Shown here: positions 19,795-29,397 of the stretch, in pieces | How the letters are laid out: every line of letters begins with the position of its first letter | Position numbering within the stretch: position 1 is the stretch's first letter | Virus record (IMG/VR): IMGVR_UViG_3300033074_001364 | Location: 5,465-69,464 of that record | Origin: a virus | Taxonomy: Duplodnaviria > Caudoviricetes | Direction: 5' to 3' (one strand) | Length of the DNA: 64,000 nucleotides | The notes under the pieces: generated by a model | Seen by the model: the letters and a program-made list of their open reading frames with translations, nothing else | What the model was told of the DNA's origin: nothing | Databases searched by the model: none | Program-made: the position numbers and the translations under genes

Positions 19795-19829
19795 CGATGA
19801 TTCCTTAGAGTGTCAAGCGGTCAAGCGGA

Positions 19830-19859
19830 AGTCTACCACGCCGCTAGGGTAGTAGTCAC
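19830..19859 (-). promoter_or_regulatory. Leftward early promoter GTGACT-N18-TAGACT
   Basis: Motif match in the divergent immunity region. Confidence 0.78.
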
Positions 19860-19915
19860 GTCCTGTATGTCAAGTCCCCCATGTGGACAGATGGTGGAGA
19901 AAGTGGCAGTACTTG

Positions 19916-19945
19916 TTGACGAGAGGTAGTCGTGACGGATACGAT
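19916..19945 (+). promoter_or_regulatory. Repressor promoter TTGACG-N18-TACGAT
   Basis: Sigma70-like hexamers upstream of the XRE gene. Confidence 0.55.
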
Positions 19946-20045
19946 TCACCCGTCGTCTACTGGTGCAGCCACGCACCGAGGGGGTCTATGGTCTAGATCG
20001 AACGGCAGGCCGAGCGATGGAACGACGTTATCGAAGGACACGACA

Positions 20046-20456
20046 GTGAGCACGTTTGACCCGAAGAAGTTCGGGTGGCGGCTAAGACACGAACGCGAGA
20101 TGCTCGGCTTCTCGCAGGCAGAGATGGCGAGACGGTCACGCGAAGTCTCATCGAACTCCAAGACGGGTGTCTCCAAGCCATACTGGAGCATGTTGGAGCG
20201 AGGGGACCAGGAGAACCGACCGTCTGACGAATACCTTGCCCGCATCTCTCGCGCGTTCAATCATCAGGACTTATGGATCGTGCGCGAGTGGGCTGGCATG
20301 GAGCGTGAGCCGGACAACGACAGCGTGCTGCGGGCGCTAGTGCGAGACAAGAATCTAGCTCCGACTGACCGAGCCCTGTTCAAGGAAATCTACCTACGCC
20401 TCGCCGGCCGCAAGTCGTCTAAGGCAGAGGGGACAGAAAAAGAGGGTGCCCCATAG
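20046..20456 (+). CDS. XRE-family HTH repressor (CI-like)
   Basis: LRHEREMLGFSQAEMA...YWSMLERG; divergent from early genes; GTG after GAAGGA. Confidence 0.85.
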   Translation: MSTFDPKKFGWRLRHEREMLGFSQAEMARRSREVSSNSKTGVSKPYWSMLERGDQENRPSDEYLARISRAFNHQDLWIVREWAGMEREPDNDSVLRALVRDKNLAPTDRALFKEIYLRLAGRKSSKAEGTEKEGAP

Positions 20457-20469
20457 CGGGGCACCCTCT
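20441..20469 (-). terminator. Intrinsic terminator between convergent lysis and repressor genes
   Basis: 12-bp stem agagggtgcccc/ggggcaccctct with a T-run on the minus strand. Confidence 0.8.
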
Positions 20470-20481
20470 GATGATGACGGA

Positions 20482-20697
20482 CTACTGAAGCTTGGCGACA
20501 GTTGCCGGGGCGTAGACGCTTCGACGACCGAGTTCGGTCACGAGGAACGTTCCGACTGCGAACAGCGCGTTCTCTAGAGAGACGCCGCCGTTGAGCGAGT
20601 CGTACAGGGTCAAGCCTGCGTTGCTGGCGAGCCAGATGATACGCAGCGGCTCGTGGAGCCACAGGTTCTTCAGGCCCGCTAGGGCATCACTGATCAA
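20482..20697 (-). CDS. Putative holin
   Basis: 71 aa, hydrophobic, directly after the endolysin. Confidence 0.65.
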   Translation of the reverse strand: MISDALAGLKNLWLHEPLRIIWLASNAGLTLYDSLNGGVSLENALFAVGTFLVTELGRRSVYAPATVAKLQ

Positions 20698-20737
20698 TCA
20701 GTAGACCTCCTTTCTTTCGAAGACTTGCGGTGCCCCG

Positions 20738-21856
20738 CTACTTGGCGGAGTTGAGTGAATTCGCGAGCGACTGCGCGCTGACCGCACCGTTCGCAAGCGC
20801 AGCGGACTTGGCGCTGATCTGCGTCTTCTGGCTGGCGATCGTTTCCGCCTGCGTCGCGATCGTTGCCGTCTGATTGGTGACAGTGGTCTTCAGCGAAGTG
20901 ACTTCTGCCTGAAGCGCTGCGACGTCGCCGAGGGGGACGCGTGACACGATGTCCTGGGTGTGGAACACCTTGAGTCCGCCGTTGGCGCTGACCATGACCC
21001 CCCAATCGGGACCTGCTCCGAAGTCCACACCCTTGACCGTTCCGATCATCACTCGGGTGGATTCGGCACCGAGTACGACCGGATCCGATGCAGGAGTGAG
21101 GTCAGGGGAGCGGCGATATGAGGTCACGGCGCGAAGGACGACGCGCTCAGGTGGGATGTACTTGATGTCGTTCTGCCAGGTCATTTCTTCCTCCTTGGCC
21201 GCTAGGTAAGCAATCAGCGCTGGTAGACGCCTTGGGAATCCAACGTCGCCGTCGTAGTCACGCCAGCAGTGCGGCTTGCGGATTCCAGCGATGGCGTGGT
21301 GGTCGGTGTAGCCGGTGTCGTTGAGGGGGAACGCGCCCATCTGCGCGACCAGTTCGGTGGCACTAAAGGCGCCGTTGCCGATGCGAACGCCAGCGGCGCG
21401 GATGGCCTCCAAGTCACCAGAACGAAGAAGCTTCTTCAGCTCCATCGAGGCGTTCCAGATGTGCGGCGTGACGATGTGACGACCTGGCGTCGCCATGTCC
21501 TCGTGCTCGGTCGTCACGGTGGTCAGGTTCGGGTTGACGCCAGCTTGGTAGCCGGGCCACGTAGGACCGTTGGCGTCTCCGTTCGTCCAAGCCATGTTCG
21601 ATAGATCGACGGCCTGATAGATCACCAGTGGCCCGCGTGCGCCCGTGATGGATCCGCACTGCGGGCACGGCGCACCGACTTGCGTGTGGCCGATAACGAA
21701 GTGGCTGCTGACCTTCGACGCTGCCTTGGCGAACATGTTGATCGCGCTAGCAGCGCTGCCTACGATGCGATGCGATACGTCACCCCGCAGGGGATAGCGT
21801 CGGTCACGCTGGTTGAAGTTAGGGGATGGTCGCCATTCGACCTTCGGGATAGCCAT
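20738..21856 (-). CDS. Endolysin, N-acetylmuramoyl-L-alanine amidase with C-terminal coiled coil
   Basis: SHRIVG, SSHFVIG, AWTNG, TEHE, DH...HC pattern. Confidence 0.85.
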   Translation of the reverse strand: MAIPKVEWRPSPNFNQRDRRYPLRGDVSHRIVGSAASAINMFAKAASKVSSHFVIGHTQVGAPCPQCGSITGARGPLVIYQAVDLSNMAWTNGDANGPTWPGYQAGVNPNLTTVTTEHEDMATPGRHIVTPHIWNASMELKKLLRSGDLEAIRAAGVRIGNGAFSATELVAQMGAFPLNDTGYTDHHAIAGIRKPHCWRDYDGDVGFPRRLPALIAYLAAKEEEMTWQNDIKYIPPERVVLRAVTSYRRSPDLTPASDPVVLGAESTRVMIGTVKGVDFGAGPDWGVMVSANGGLKVFHTQDIVSRVPLGDVAALQAEVTSLKTTVTNQTATIATQAETIASQKTQISAKSAALANGAVSAQSLANSLNSAK

Positions 21857-21890
21857 CTACTTTCCTGACTAGTACGGGACTACTGGGGTA

Positions 21891-21919
21891 TTGACAGGAC
21901 GCACCACTACGCGTACAGT
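21891..21919 (+). promoter_or_regulatory. Promoter TTGACA-N17-TACAGT flanked by inverted GACTACT boxes
   Basis: Near-consensus hexamers; gactact upstream, agtagtc downstream. Confidence 0.7.
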
Positions 21920-21925
21920 GGAGTA

Positions 21926-22237
21926 GTCATCATCCACAGTAGGGGTGCTGAATCGAATAGATCGCCGTTGTGGCGAGGCTCGACGGGGGAGCGGGGCTCA
22001 GGGGTATCCCTCAGTCCTTGGGCACAACCTTCATCGCCAGTCGAGCAGCGATCTCAGGAGAACAGGCACTCAGGTGACAGCAATCGAATGGCAAGTGCGG
22101 GTCAGTTAGTCGTCACCGACAGGCACGCCAGGTAGTCAGGAAGGGAAGCACCAACGTGAACGCGAGAGCCCCATGACCCACTAGACCCCCTGTTGACGAT
22201 GCATACTCAGCCGCTTCTGCTCGGGAGGCGGCTGAGT
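21926..22237 (+). ncRNA. Candidate structured ncRNA (~310 nt)
   Basis: No convincing ORF; nested complementary helices; promoter upstream; strong 3' hairpin. Confidence 0.5.
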
Positions 22238-22398
22238 GCTGTTGTGAGAGGATTAGGTGATGAGGAGGGTAGAATTGACGAATGAGCCCGGTGCCGTCCT
22301 GCCGCAGCACGATCCCCCCGATCCTCTGCGCGTCAACCGTCCACACACCGGGCTGCCGTGAGGGTAGCGAGACTGGATTATCGGTGGCTTACTGAAGT

Positions 22399-23742
22399 AT
22401 GAACCGCTGGCCCATCCTCCTCGCTCCGACCGCTCTCGTGGCTGCGGTCGTCCTGGCGACATTCGCCAGCGTACCCAGCAGCTGGACCGTAATGCTGCGA
22501 CCATGGTTTGTGGCCTCAGTCATCGCGACGCTGTGCGCCCTCGTGTTGGCGATGGTCACACGGCGACCGCTGTCCGCCAGTGCCGTGGTGTGTGGCGTGA
22601 TCCTGCTGCTGTACGACCCGCTACTCGGCACCGTGGCGGTGGTCGCGGGCACCTTGCTGGTCGTGTTCCGGTCCAGGCTCGGGTTGAGCAGGGCGTTCAC
22701 GCGAACTGCCTTCGTGACCGCGGTGGGAACGCTGTTGATCGTCAATGTCGTCCGGGTCGCCACCGATGGCAGTGTGACCCTCGGTGAGTTTCGGATGGGC
22801 AGCCCGGTCCGCTCGGCTGAGGACGCGGCGGGACCTAACGTCTATCTGCTGTTGCTGGACGGCTACCCACGAGCCGATACGCTGGCCAACGACTTCGCCT
22901 ATGACAACCAGCCATTCCTCGATGCCCTATCCAGTCGCGGCTTCTTCGTGAACCCCGATGCGAGAACGGCGTTCACGAACACAGAGTTGACGCTGGCCTC
23001 GACGCAGGTCGAGGACCCCCGCGTCATAGCCGCAGCATTCCCCGAGGCCATCGAGGTGATCGACCTGCGCCGCGAGGTGCGACGCACGCTACTGGTCAAC
23101 ACCCCGGCCATGGATGAGCTACGCGATCTCGGCTATCGGCTTGTGTACGTGCCGCCTCCGGTCGGCTTCGTGCAGTGGTCCGGTTGGGACGAGCGCGACG
23201 AAAGTGGGGCGCTCAACGACTTCGAGGTCCACCTGCTCCAGCAAACGCTGCTGCGCGGCATGATCGGCGAGTGGATCATGGATCAGACCCGCCAGCATGT
23301 AGACGAGGCGCTGGAGGCATGGAGCACGCCAACGGGTGATGGCCGGTTCGTGTTCGCGCATCTCGAAGCCCCGCACCCGCCGTTCCTGTGGAGCCCAGAC
23401 GGTGACCAGGAGCGACCGCTGACGTGCTGGTATGAGCGCGCGTGCTCGCTGTACGGCGCACAGTTGGAAAGCCTCGGCATCTCGACCGCCGAATATGCCG
23501 AACGCCTTGCGCCACAGATCGATACGCTGAATCGAAAGGTGCTCACCGCTGTCGATCGGCTCATCGAGCGCGACCCCGGCGGCGTGGTGGTGATCTTCTC
23601 CGACCACGGCACACGCTACGTCGAGGGCGACAGTGAGGAAGCGCACAGCACGCTGTACGCGGCACGGGGAACAGATGTGACCGAGGTGGACGGACTGTTC
23701 CCGGCGCTGATCAGGGAGATTGGCGCATCGGTGGCCCGATGA
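22399..23742 (+). CDS. Membrane protein with sulfatase/alkaline-phosphatase-superfamily domain
   Basis: N-terminal TM helices; LLLLDGYPR, FAHLEAPHPPF, IFSDHG. Confidence 0.8.
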   Translation: MNRWPILLAPTALVAAVVLATFASVPSSWTVMLRPWFVASVIATLCALVLAMVTRRPLSASAVVCGVILLLYDPLLGTVAVVAGTLLVVFRSRLGLSRAFTRTAFVTAVGTLLIVNVVRVATDGSVTLGEFRMGSPVRSAEDAAGPNVYLLLLDGYPRADTLANDFAYDNQPFLDALSSRGFFVNPDARTAFTNTELTLASTQVEDPRVIAAAFPEAIEVIDLRREVRRTLLVNTPAMDELRDLGYRLVYVPPPVGFVQWSGWDERDESGALNDFEVHLLQQTLLRGMIGEWIMDQTRQHVDEALEAWSTPTGDGRFVFAHLEAPHPPFLWSPDGDQERPLTCWYERACSLYGAQLESLGISTAEYAERLAPQIDTLNRKVLTAVDRLIERDPGGVVVIFSDHGTRYVEGDSEEAHSTLYAARGTDVTEVDGLFPALIREIGASVAR

Positions 23743-23954
23743 CGACGGTGCAGCGATTCCTCGCGATGATTGCCGCCGGAGTCATCCTCGGCACCATGAT
23801 CGGGTCCTGGCTGGTAGCGATGGTGACGAGCGACGTGGAACCCTTGCTGGGTGTCCCCCTCGTGGTCGCCGGCGGGGTGATCGGCGCCGCCCTGGGCGGC
23901 CGGCTCGGCGCGATGCTCTTCCGTGACCTACTTCGGGATTCGCACAACGACTAG
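23739..23954 (+). CDS. Small two-helix membrane protein
   Basis: ATGA-coupled, hydrophobic. Confidence 0.7.
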   Translation: MTTVQRFLAMIAAGVILGTMIGSWLVAMVTSDVEPLLGVPLVVAGGVIGAALGGRLGAMLFRDLLRDSHND

Positions 23955-23972
23955 ACCGGTCGCTGATGACGC

Positions 23973-25259
23973 TCACGTCCCGTCGAAGACGTGGGTATAG
24001 CTCAGCTCCTCGATCTCGCTCGATATATCGGGACATGAGAACGCGGTCCCCTTGACGCTGATGGTGGCACCGGCGTCGGTGAACTCCATCAGCCCGTACA
24101 TCTGGTTGTCGAACTCGGTGCCCTCCGAGTAGGTGCCGCTCGACGACGTCTCGTTCTGGTCGAGCGGGGCGAAGTGGAAGATCGGTGGCCCTGGTGCCGA
24201 GCCGGTCGAGGCGTAGTGGGTGTTGGTCCCGTCGTCGAACGCGCAGAAGTGCCAGTCGGCTTGAAGCAGCAGGATCTTATCGGTGAGCCCGTTGTCCTCG
24301 AAGTAGTCGGCAAGCTCGGCGCGCTCGGTCGAATAGGCGCCCCAGCCGGATGGCTCGTTCCACGGCCAGTTGACGGAGATGACCAGCACCTTGGCGGTCG
24401 AGGCCAGCAGCTCGTCCTTCAGCCATTGCTTCTGCGTCGCGCCGAGCATCGTCTTGGAGCTATTGTCGGTGGCCCCGCGGGCCGTCGCCTCCGAGTACGT
24501 GTCAAGCAGGAACCACTCGGTGCGTCCGATGCTGAACTTGTGGTAGATCGGACCGCTCGAACCCTCGGGCAGCGTGTAGTGCGGGACGTACTCACGGAAC
24601 GCCTGCTGTGCGCCGGCCTTACCCGAGTAGGTGCCGTCCGAGTCGGCATCGGAGTAGTCGTGGTCCGACCAGGTGTAGACGTAGGGCACCCCACGCCACA
24701 ACGCCGCCTGGCGCGCGTTGGCCGCGTTGTCGCGGTAGTTCTGCCGGTAGTCGCCAACGATGCCGCTGGTGATGTCGGGATAGCCCCAGTCGCCCAGGTT
24801 GACGTGCAGCAGCGGCAGGCGGTCGAGGATGCGCGCCCAGGCCGGCGTGTTCGACGTGTCGCCGGGGCCCTGGTACTCCGCGTTGGCACCGCCCGGTGGT
24901 GACCCGGCGCACGAAGCCGCAGTGACGGCGAAGGACGCCTGCGAGCCGGCGGTCGGCAGGGTGCGGAAGCGGCCCTGCTCGCTCCAGCCCAGGATGCTCC
25001 AGTGGTACTCGGTGTCGGGGTCCAGGCCGCTGAGCGTGAACGTCCACACGTCGTCGGCGCCCTCGGTGCCCGAGACAGCCGTGGGTGACAGCAGGCTGGC
25101 ATTGAGCGCATGGATCAGCGTCGGTGTGCCGGCGGTGATGCGCGCCTTGACGGTGACGCCGCTCGCGGTGAGGGCGCCCATCCACGCGAACTCGACAGTG
25201 GCGGGGATGAGGGCGCCGCTGAATCCGCCGCCACCACCGAAGAAGCCGCGCGCGCGCAC
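23973..25259 (-). CDS. PhoD-family phosphatase/phosphodiesterase in tail module
   Basis: GRFRTLP, LGDWGYPD, WSDHDY, LDT, MLGATQKQWL, ADWH motifs. Confidence 0.85.
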   Translation of the reverse strand: MRARGFFGGGGGFSGALIPATVEFAWMGALTASGVTVKARITAGTPTLIHALNASLLSPTAVSGTEGADDVWTFTLSGLDPDTEYHWSILGWSEQGRFRTLPTAGSQASFAVTAASCAGSPPGGANAEYQGPGDTSNTPAWARILDRLPLLHVNLGDWGYPDITSGIVGDYRQNYRDNAANARQAALWRGVPYVYTWSDHDYSDADSDGTYSGKAGAQQAFREYVPHYTLPEGSSGPIYHKFSIGRTEWFLLDTYSEATARGATDNSSKTMLGATQKQWLKDELLASTAKVLVISVNWPWNEPSGWGAYSTERAELADYFEDNGLTDKILLLQADWHFCAFDDGTNTHYASTGSAPGPPIFHFAPLDQNETSSSGTYSEGTEFDNQMYGLMEFTDAGATISVKGTAFSCPDISSEIEELSYTHVFDGT

Positions 25260-25871
25260 CTAGTCCACCGTGTAGCCGAACAGCGAGGGCAGGCCGTTGG
25301 CGTTGACCGTGGCGAGGTCGCCCCCCGAGTTCTGCCACACTTGCACGTCAATGGTGTCGCCGGTGGCCACCTCGAAGGCGGGCGTGACGAGCACCTCGCG
25401 GAAGCTGATCGACGATGAACCCACGCCGGTGACGTAGGCGAGGGTGACCGCCGAGCCAGCTACGTTCTTGACGATCTGGGCCTGCCGCGCGCCGGTGGCG
25501 TTGGCCGCGAGGCCGACGTTGGCCCCGAACACCATGGGCCGACCGTTCAGCCCCGCCGGAATGACGATTCCCGCCGAGCCAGTGTGGAAGCCGTCGGTGT
25601 CCTCCGTCTCGGTGTCGAAAGCGACCGTCTGGAAGCCGCCCGACGTACTGGTGCTGATGGCCTGCGTCGAGGCGTCGGTCAGCCACACTCTCGCCGGGTC
25701 GTTGCCGCTCGCCGGCTCGCCCAGCGGGCCGACCTCCGTCCCGGCGTCGTCAATGACGTACAGCCCGTCGCTCTTGAAGTACAGCCGCCACTTGGTTGAG
25801 GCGGGCGTGGATGGCGCGCTGCCCTCCTGGAACAGCAGCGCGGTGATGTCGATCTCGTCGATGGCAGCCAT
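25260..25871 (-). CDS. Minor tail/fiber protein
   Basis: Beta-rich, tail module position. Confidence 0.6.
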   Translation of the reverse strand: MAAIDEIDITALLFQEGSAPSTPASTKWRLYFKSDGLYVIDDAGTEVGPLGEPASGNDPARVWLTDASTQAISTSTSGGFQTVAFDTETEDTDGFHTGSAGIVIPAGLNGRPMVFGANVGLAANATGARQAQIVKNVAGSAVTLAYVTGVGSSSISFREVLVTPAFEVATGDTIDVQVWQNSGGDLATVNANGLPSLFGYTVD

Positions 25872-25878
25872 GACTCTC

Positions 25879-27213
25879 CTATCCCGGCACCCAGCCGTAT
25901 ACCCAGTCGATCCCGTCCTCGGTCGTCACCGCCGCGGCGGGGTTGCCGTCCACGACCACCTCCCAGCGGCCCGCATCTCGTACGTCGTCGGCGCGACGCG
26001 CGACGCCGCCTGCCCCGTACTCGGCCCCGAACCAGCTCGTCCCGTCGCTGATGAAGCCGAGGATGTGCAGATCGCCGTCGAGCGTCGGCGCCGTGCCGCC
26101 GGCCCACACAACATCGCTGTCCCACGTCACCGCGTTGCCGTCGGGGTGCAGGCGGATCAGGAAGCCCTTGCCGTCGGTCGGGGTCGGGAAGGTCAGCGTC
26201 ACCGCCTCGGTCAGCGTGATGTCCTGCACGTTGGCCGTCGGGTCTTCGATGGTGTGCGTGGCCCCTGCATCGGCGACGTAGGTCACGTCATCAGTGCCGT
26301 CAGTGGTGGTGTATGCGCCGGTCTCGATGTCATCGTGGGTGTGGTCCGGCGCAGCGGCATCACCGATCCACACCGCGGCACCCGTGGAGTGATCGACGGA
26401 GACGTAGCGCCCGAAGACCTGCGTCGGGTCTTCTTCGTCATCGACGTGCAACCAGAAGGTGCCGGCCGGGTAGCCCTGTGTCAGGTCGTCGTCGCTGGTG
26501 GGCGGGCGATCCCGCAGGACGTGGTGCCGGTGATCGCAGCGCGCAGCCTTCGGGCCGGTCCCGACGAGGTCGGAGTGCGCGCCGGGGCTGCCGCCTGCGC
26601 CAGCCGAACCCGAGCCGGGGATGGTGACGATCACGTTGTCGAAACGTGTCCGGGCATCCACGACGAGCGAGGCCGTGATCGTCCCGGTCGGTGCAGTCTG
26701 AGAGCCGGAGAAGTGCTGGTACGAGCCAACGATCGTGGCCGGGCCGAGCGTGAAGGAGCCGAGCGTCGTGCCGCCGCTGGCGTGGAAGCGGACCAACATC
26801 TCGCGTTCGGGATCGGTCTCGCCGGGGAACTTGGAGCGGACCATCATGTCCAGGTCAACCGCGAACGGGACGCCCGCCGTCCATGGAAAGATGACTATGG
26901 TTGTGCCGTTGGCTGTCGTGGCGTGGCCACCGAGCGCCGGGTCGTACGGGCTGAGATCGGCCGAACCGTCAGTCCATTCGTAACCCTGGTCGTCGTCGTC
27001 TTCGGCGTCCTCGTCGAAGTGCCACTGGGCAACGACGGTGTCCGGCGTGCCCTCGCCGAGCGCGATGAACGGTTGGCACAGCAGCTCGGGGTGATCGTGA
27101 GGCGCAGGCACCCCACCCCCAATGGGCGCACCACTCCCTGTTGCTCTACTGATGGTTCTGGCGATGCTTCTAGGGCGACCAGCAACGATGTCGATTGTTG
27201 CTCGCTTGCCCAC
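25879..27213 (-). CDS. Tail fiber/minor tail protein
   Basis: Gly/Thr/Asp-rich; VTWDSDVVWAGGTAPTL segment; module position. Confidence 0.65.
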   Translation of the reverse strand: MGKRATIDIVAGRPRSIARTISRATGSGAPIGGGVPAPHDHPELLCQPFIALGEGTPDTVVAQWHFDEDAEDDDDQGYEWTDGSADLSPYDPALGGHATTANGTTIVIFPWTAGVPFAVDLDMMVRSKFPGETDPEREMLVRFHASGGTTLGSFTLGPATIVGSYQHFSGSQTAPTGTITASLVVDARTRFDNVIVTIPGSGSAGAGGSPGAHSDLVGTGPKAARCDHRHHVLRDRPPTSDDDLTQGYPAGTFWLHVDDEEDPTQVFGRYVSVDHSTGAAVWIGDAAAPDHTHDDIETGAYTTTDGTDDVTYVADAGATHTIEDPTANVQDITLTEAVTLTFPTPTDGKGFLIRLHPDGNAVTWDSDVVWAGGTAPTLDGDLHILGFISDGTSWFGAEYGAGGVARRADDVRDAGRWEVVVDGNPAAAVTTEDGIDWVYGWVPG

Positions 27214-29391
27214 CTAGTCAGAACTCCATTCAGTCGTAATCGTTCCGACCCGATAGTCGGTGGTGCCATCAAGATATAGACGCGGCGCATACAGGATGGT
27301 GGTTTCGCCCGGCGTAATGTCCTCTCCGACCTCGGTGGGGTCGTAGTTGACCTCATACCGAGAAAGGGGGACGGCTCTATCTCTGAGCTCCTGCCACGCC
27401 TGTCTGGTCAACAGGTAGGCATCACGAGCAGACGTGTTATCCAGCTTGGCGATCTTCATGCCCATCTTGGCGACAAGGTTCCTATCGACCACGAATGCCC
27501 TAATGGGCATCCCATCCTGATCCTGACCAATAGCCAAGACAGCGGAGGCAGTCGACGCGTAATCGTCCTGCACAAGAGCCTGGATGATGGTGCCGCCCTC
27601 GTTCTCACCCTCGCGGATAATCGTGCCCGATGAATCCCCAACAACCCCAAGTAGGTCAACGCTCCCGTCGTCGTTGAACCGTAGCCACGTATTTGTCATC
27701 TCAACCAGTTGTGACAGTAGTCGCATATGGTTGTCATGGAAGGATTCCATGTAGATGATGTGGGCGAAGTTGCCTTCGACATACTCGAAGTGGAACCGGG
27801 GTGAAACTGTCGTAACGGTCAGGGTGTGTGTATCGAAGTCACCGACGTTGCTCCACGTCGCCAATTCCTGCTGATACTCGTCTTCAGTTGCGCCAAGCGA
27901 GAGATCGACGTTGGCGACTAGGCTGCCATCGACGTAGACGTTGATCTCGCCCATGTTGGGACCCTTGGCACCGTACAGGCGAATCGCGTCCCCAACGAAC
28001 TCGATAGAGAATGTGTCCCCAGCATCACGGGCCACATGGGCTGAGCCGTTGGCATAGAAGTCACCATAGCCGTACGACCAACCATGACTAGTAGTGTTTC
28101 CTGACCCTGCATAGCAGACGAGCCGCTCGTTGTGACGAAGGCGTCGCCATGAGGACTTGTATTCACCAGAGAAGTAGTCGACCTGTGGTGTCCCCGACAC
28201 TTGCTCAACGGTCAGGGTGTGATCATCCAAGGTTAGGCCGAATACTTCGTAACCCTTGGTCTGCCACGTATTACCAGACAGCGTTACTGTCGCTACGGGG
28301 CTACCATCGAGTGAGATGCTGGCTGAGGCATCGCCACCCTCTGTGCCTTGGGTGAAGTACACACTGGTGGACGTGCCGATGAACCGATGCTCAACGGATC
28401 CACCTGACCCGATGCGGGACACGCCTGAGTTGCCCACAACGCCATCGCCATTGAAGGCGCCGTTCTCCTGTACTCGCTCTACGGTACCGAGATGCGTTGT
28501 GTTGCCGCTATCATCATTTTCGATCCACGGCACAGCGAAGGTTGTTTCCGAGCCAACGGTAGCGACATTGCGGTAGACGCTGAAGTTTGCAATGCGAGCC
28601 ACGTCGCCAGCTGCGTCGGTAATCGTCAGCTTGACGTAACGCGCGGTGACGGTGAACTCGTGCAGGCGTCCGCGGTCAGACAACAGGTCTTCATCCGTCT
28701 TGCTGGCCTTCAACGTCCACGTCGAGTTGTCGGGAGACGTGTAGATTTGATACTTGTGCCACCAACGTGACAAACCACCACCGGGAGTGGTTTGCAGGTA
28801 GCCTGGTACAACTCGGGCACCAACGATGTCGGTCTGTTGCCCAAGGTCAACCACGAGGTTCTGTGGCATCCCGACCTCAGACTGCCACTGTTCCTGTGGG
28901 TTGATGTCGCCTGTGATGGCATTCAGAGGATGGTTGCGCGCACCGTCATAAGATGAGGCCGATACGATGGTGGCGAATGGTGCAGCGCCTGCATTCTGCC
29001 GTAGGAATTCCTTGAAGGCTTCCTCCAGCGACCACCCATTGAAGTCACGACGGCCAGCAAAGACATAGCCGAGTTCGGCGCCACGCTGGGCACCACCGAA
29101 CGAGTACGTTCCATCAGCGTTCGTGGCGCGGGTCGTATCGTCAACGAGTCCAGCGAACACCAACGTGCCGCCTTCCCACAACTGCCAGCGTGCTTCTGGC
29201 GAGGTGGGATCAGTCGAGATGGGGATTGACTCGATGAGTTTGTCATTGCCGACGATGGTGACCTCACCTTCGCCGACAGCGCCGAGTTCCTTGGTTGTCC
29301 TAGCTGCCGTGAGGTTGCTTGTGATGGCGAGGCGTTCCCAGTCCTTGTCGAGAATCTCTACCGCCAGAGGTCCAGCCTTGTTCGTAATCAT
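27214..29391 (-). CDS. Tail protein with discoidin (F5/8-type C)-like and carbohydrate-binding-like domains
   Basis: LVVDLG...YQIYTSPDNSTWT...ARYVKLTI; downstream of the distal tail gene. Confidence 0.7.
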   Translation of the reverse strand: MITNKAGPLAVEILDKDWERLAITSNLTAARTTKELGAVGEGEVTIVGNDKLIESIPISTDPTSPEARWQLWEGGTLVFAGLVDDTTRATNADGTYSFGGAQRGAELGYVFAGRRDFNGWSLEEAFKEFLRQNAGAAPFATIVSASSYDGARNHPLNAITGDINPQEQWQSEVGMPQNLVVDLGQQTDIVGARVVPGYLQTTPGGGLSRWWHKYQIYTSPDNSTWTLKASKTDEDLLSDRGRLHEFTVTARYVKLTITDAAGDVARIANFSVYRNVATVGSETTFAVPWIENDDSGNTTHLGTVERVQENGAFNGDGVVGNSGVSRIGSGGSVEHRFIGTSTSVYFTQGTEGGDASASISLDGSPVATVTLSGNTWQTKGYEVFGLTLDDHTLTVEQVSGTPQVDYFSGEYKSSWRRLRHNERLVCYAGSGNTTSHGWSYGYGDFYANGSAHVARDAGDTFSIEFVGDAIRLYGAKGPNMGEINVYVDGSLVANVDLSLGATEDEYQQELATWSNVGDFDTHTLTVTTVSPRFHFEYVEGNFAHIIYMESFHDNHMRLLSQLVEMTNTWLRFNDDGSVDLLGVVGDSSGTIIREGENEGGTIIQALVQDDYASTASAVLAIGQDQDGMPIRAFVVDRNLVAKMGMKIAKLDNTSARDAYLLTRQAWQELRDRAVPLSRYEVNYDPTEVGEDITPGETTILYAPRLYLDGTTDYRVGTITTEWSSD

Positions 29392-29397
29392 CGGTAC

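Noticed and set aside
22129-22150. CAGG...GGAAGGGAAGCA resembling SRP RNA helix 8
   Set aside because: The stem around the GGAA loop does not pair and no Alu domain is evident
25444-27279. Long plus-strand ORF (611 aa) and similar antisense ORFs such as 62719-63828
   Set aside because: Shadow frames of GC-rich minus-strand genes, with no motifs
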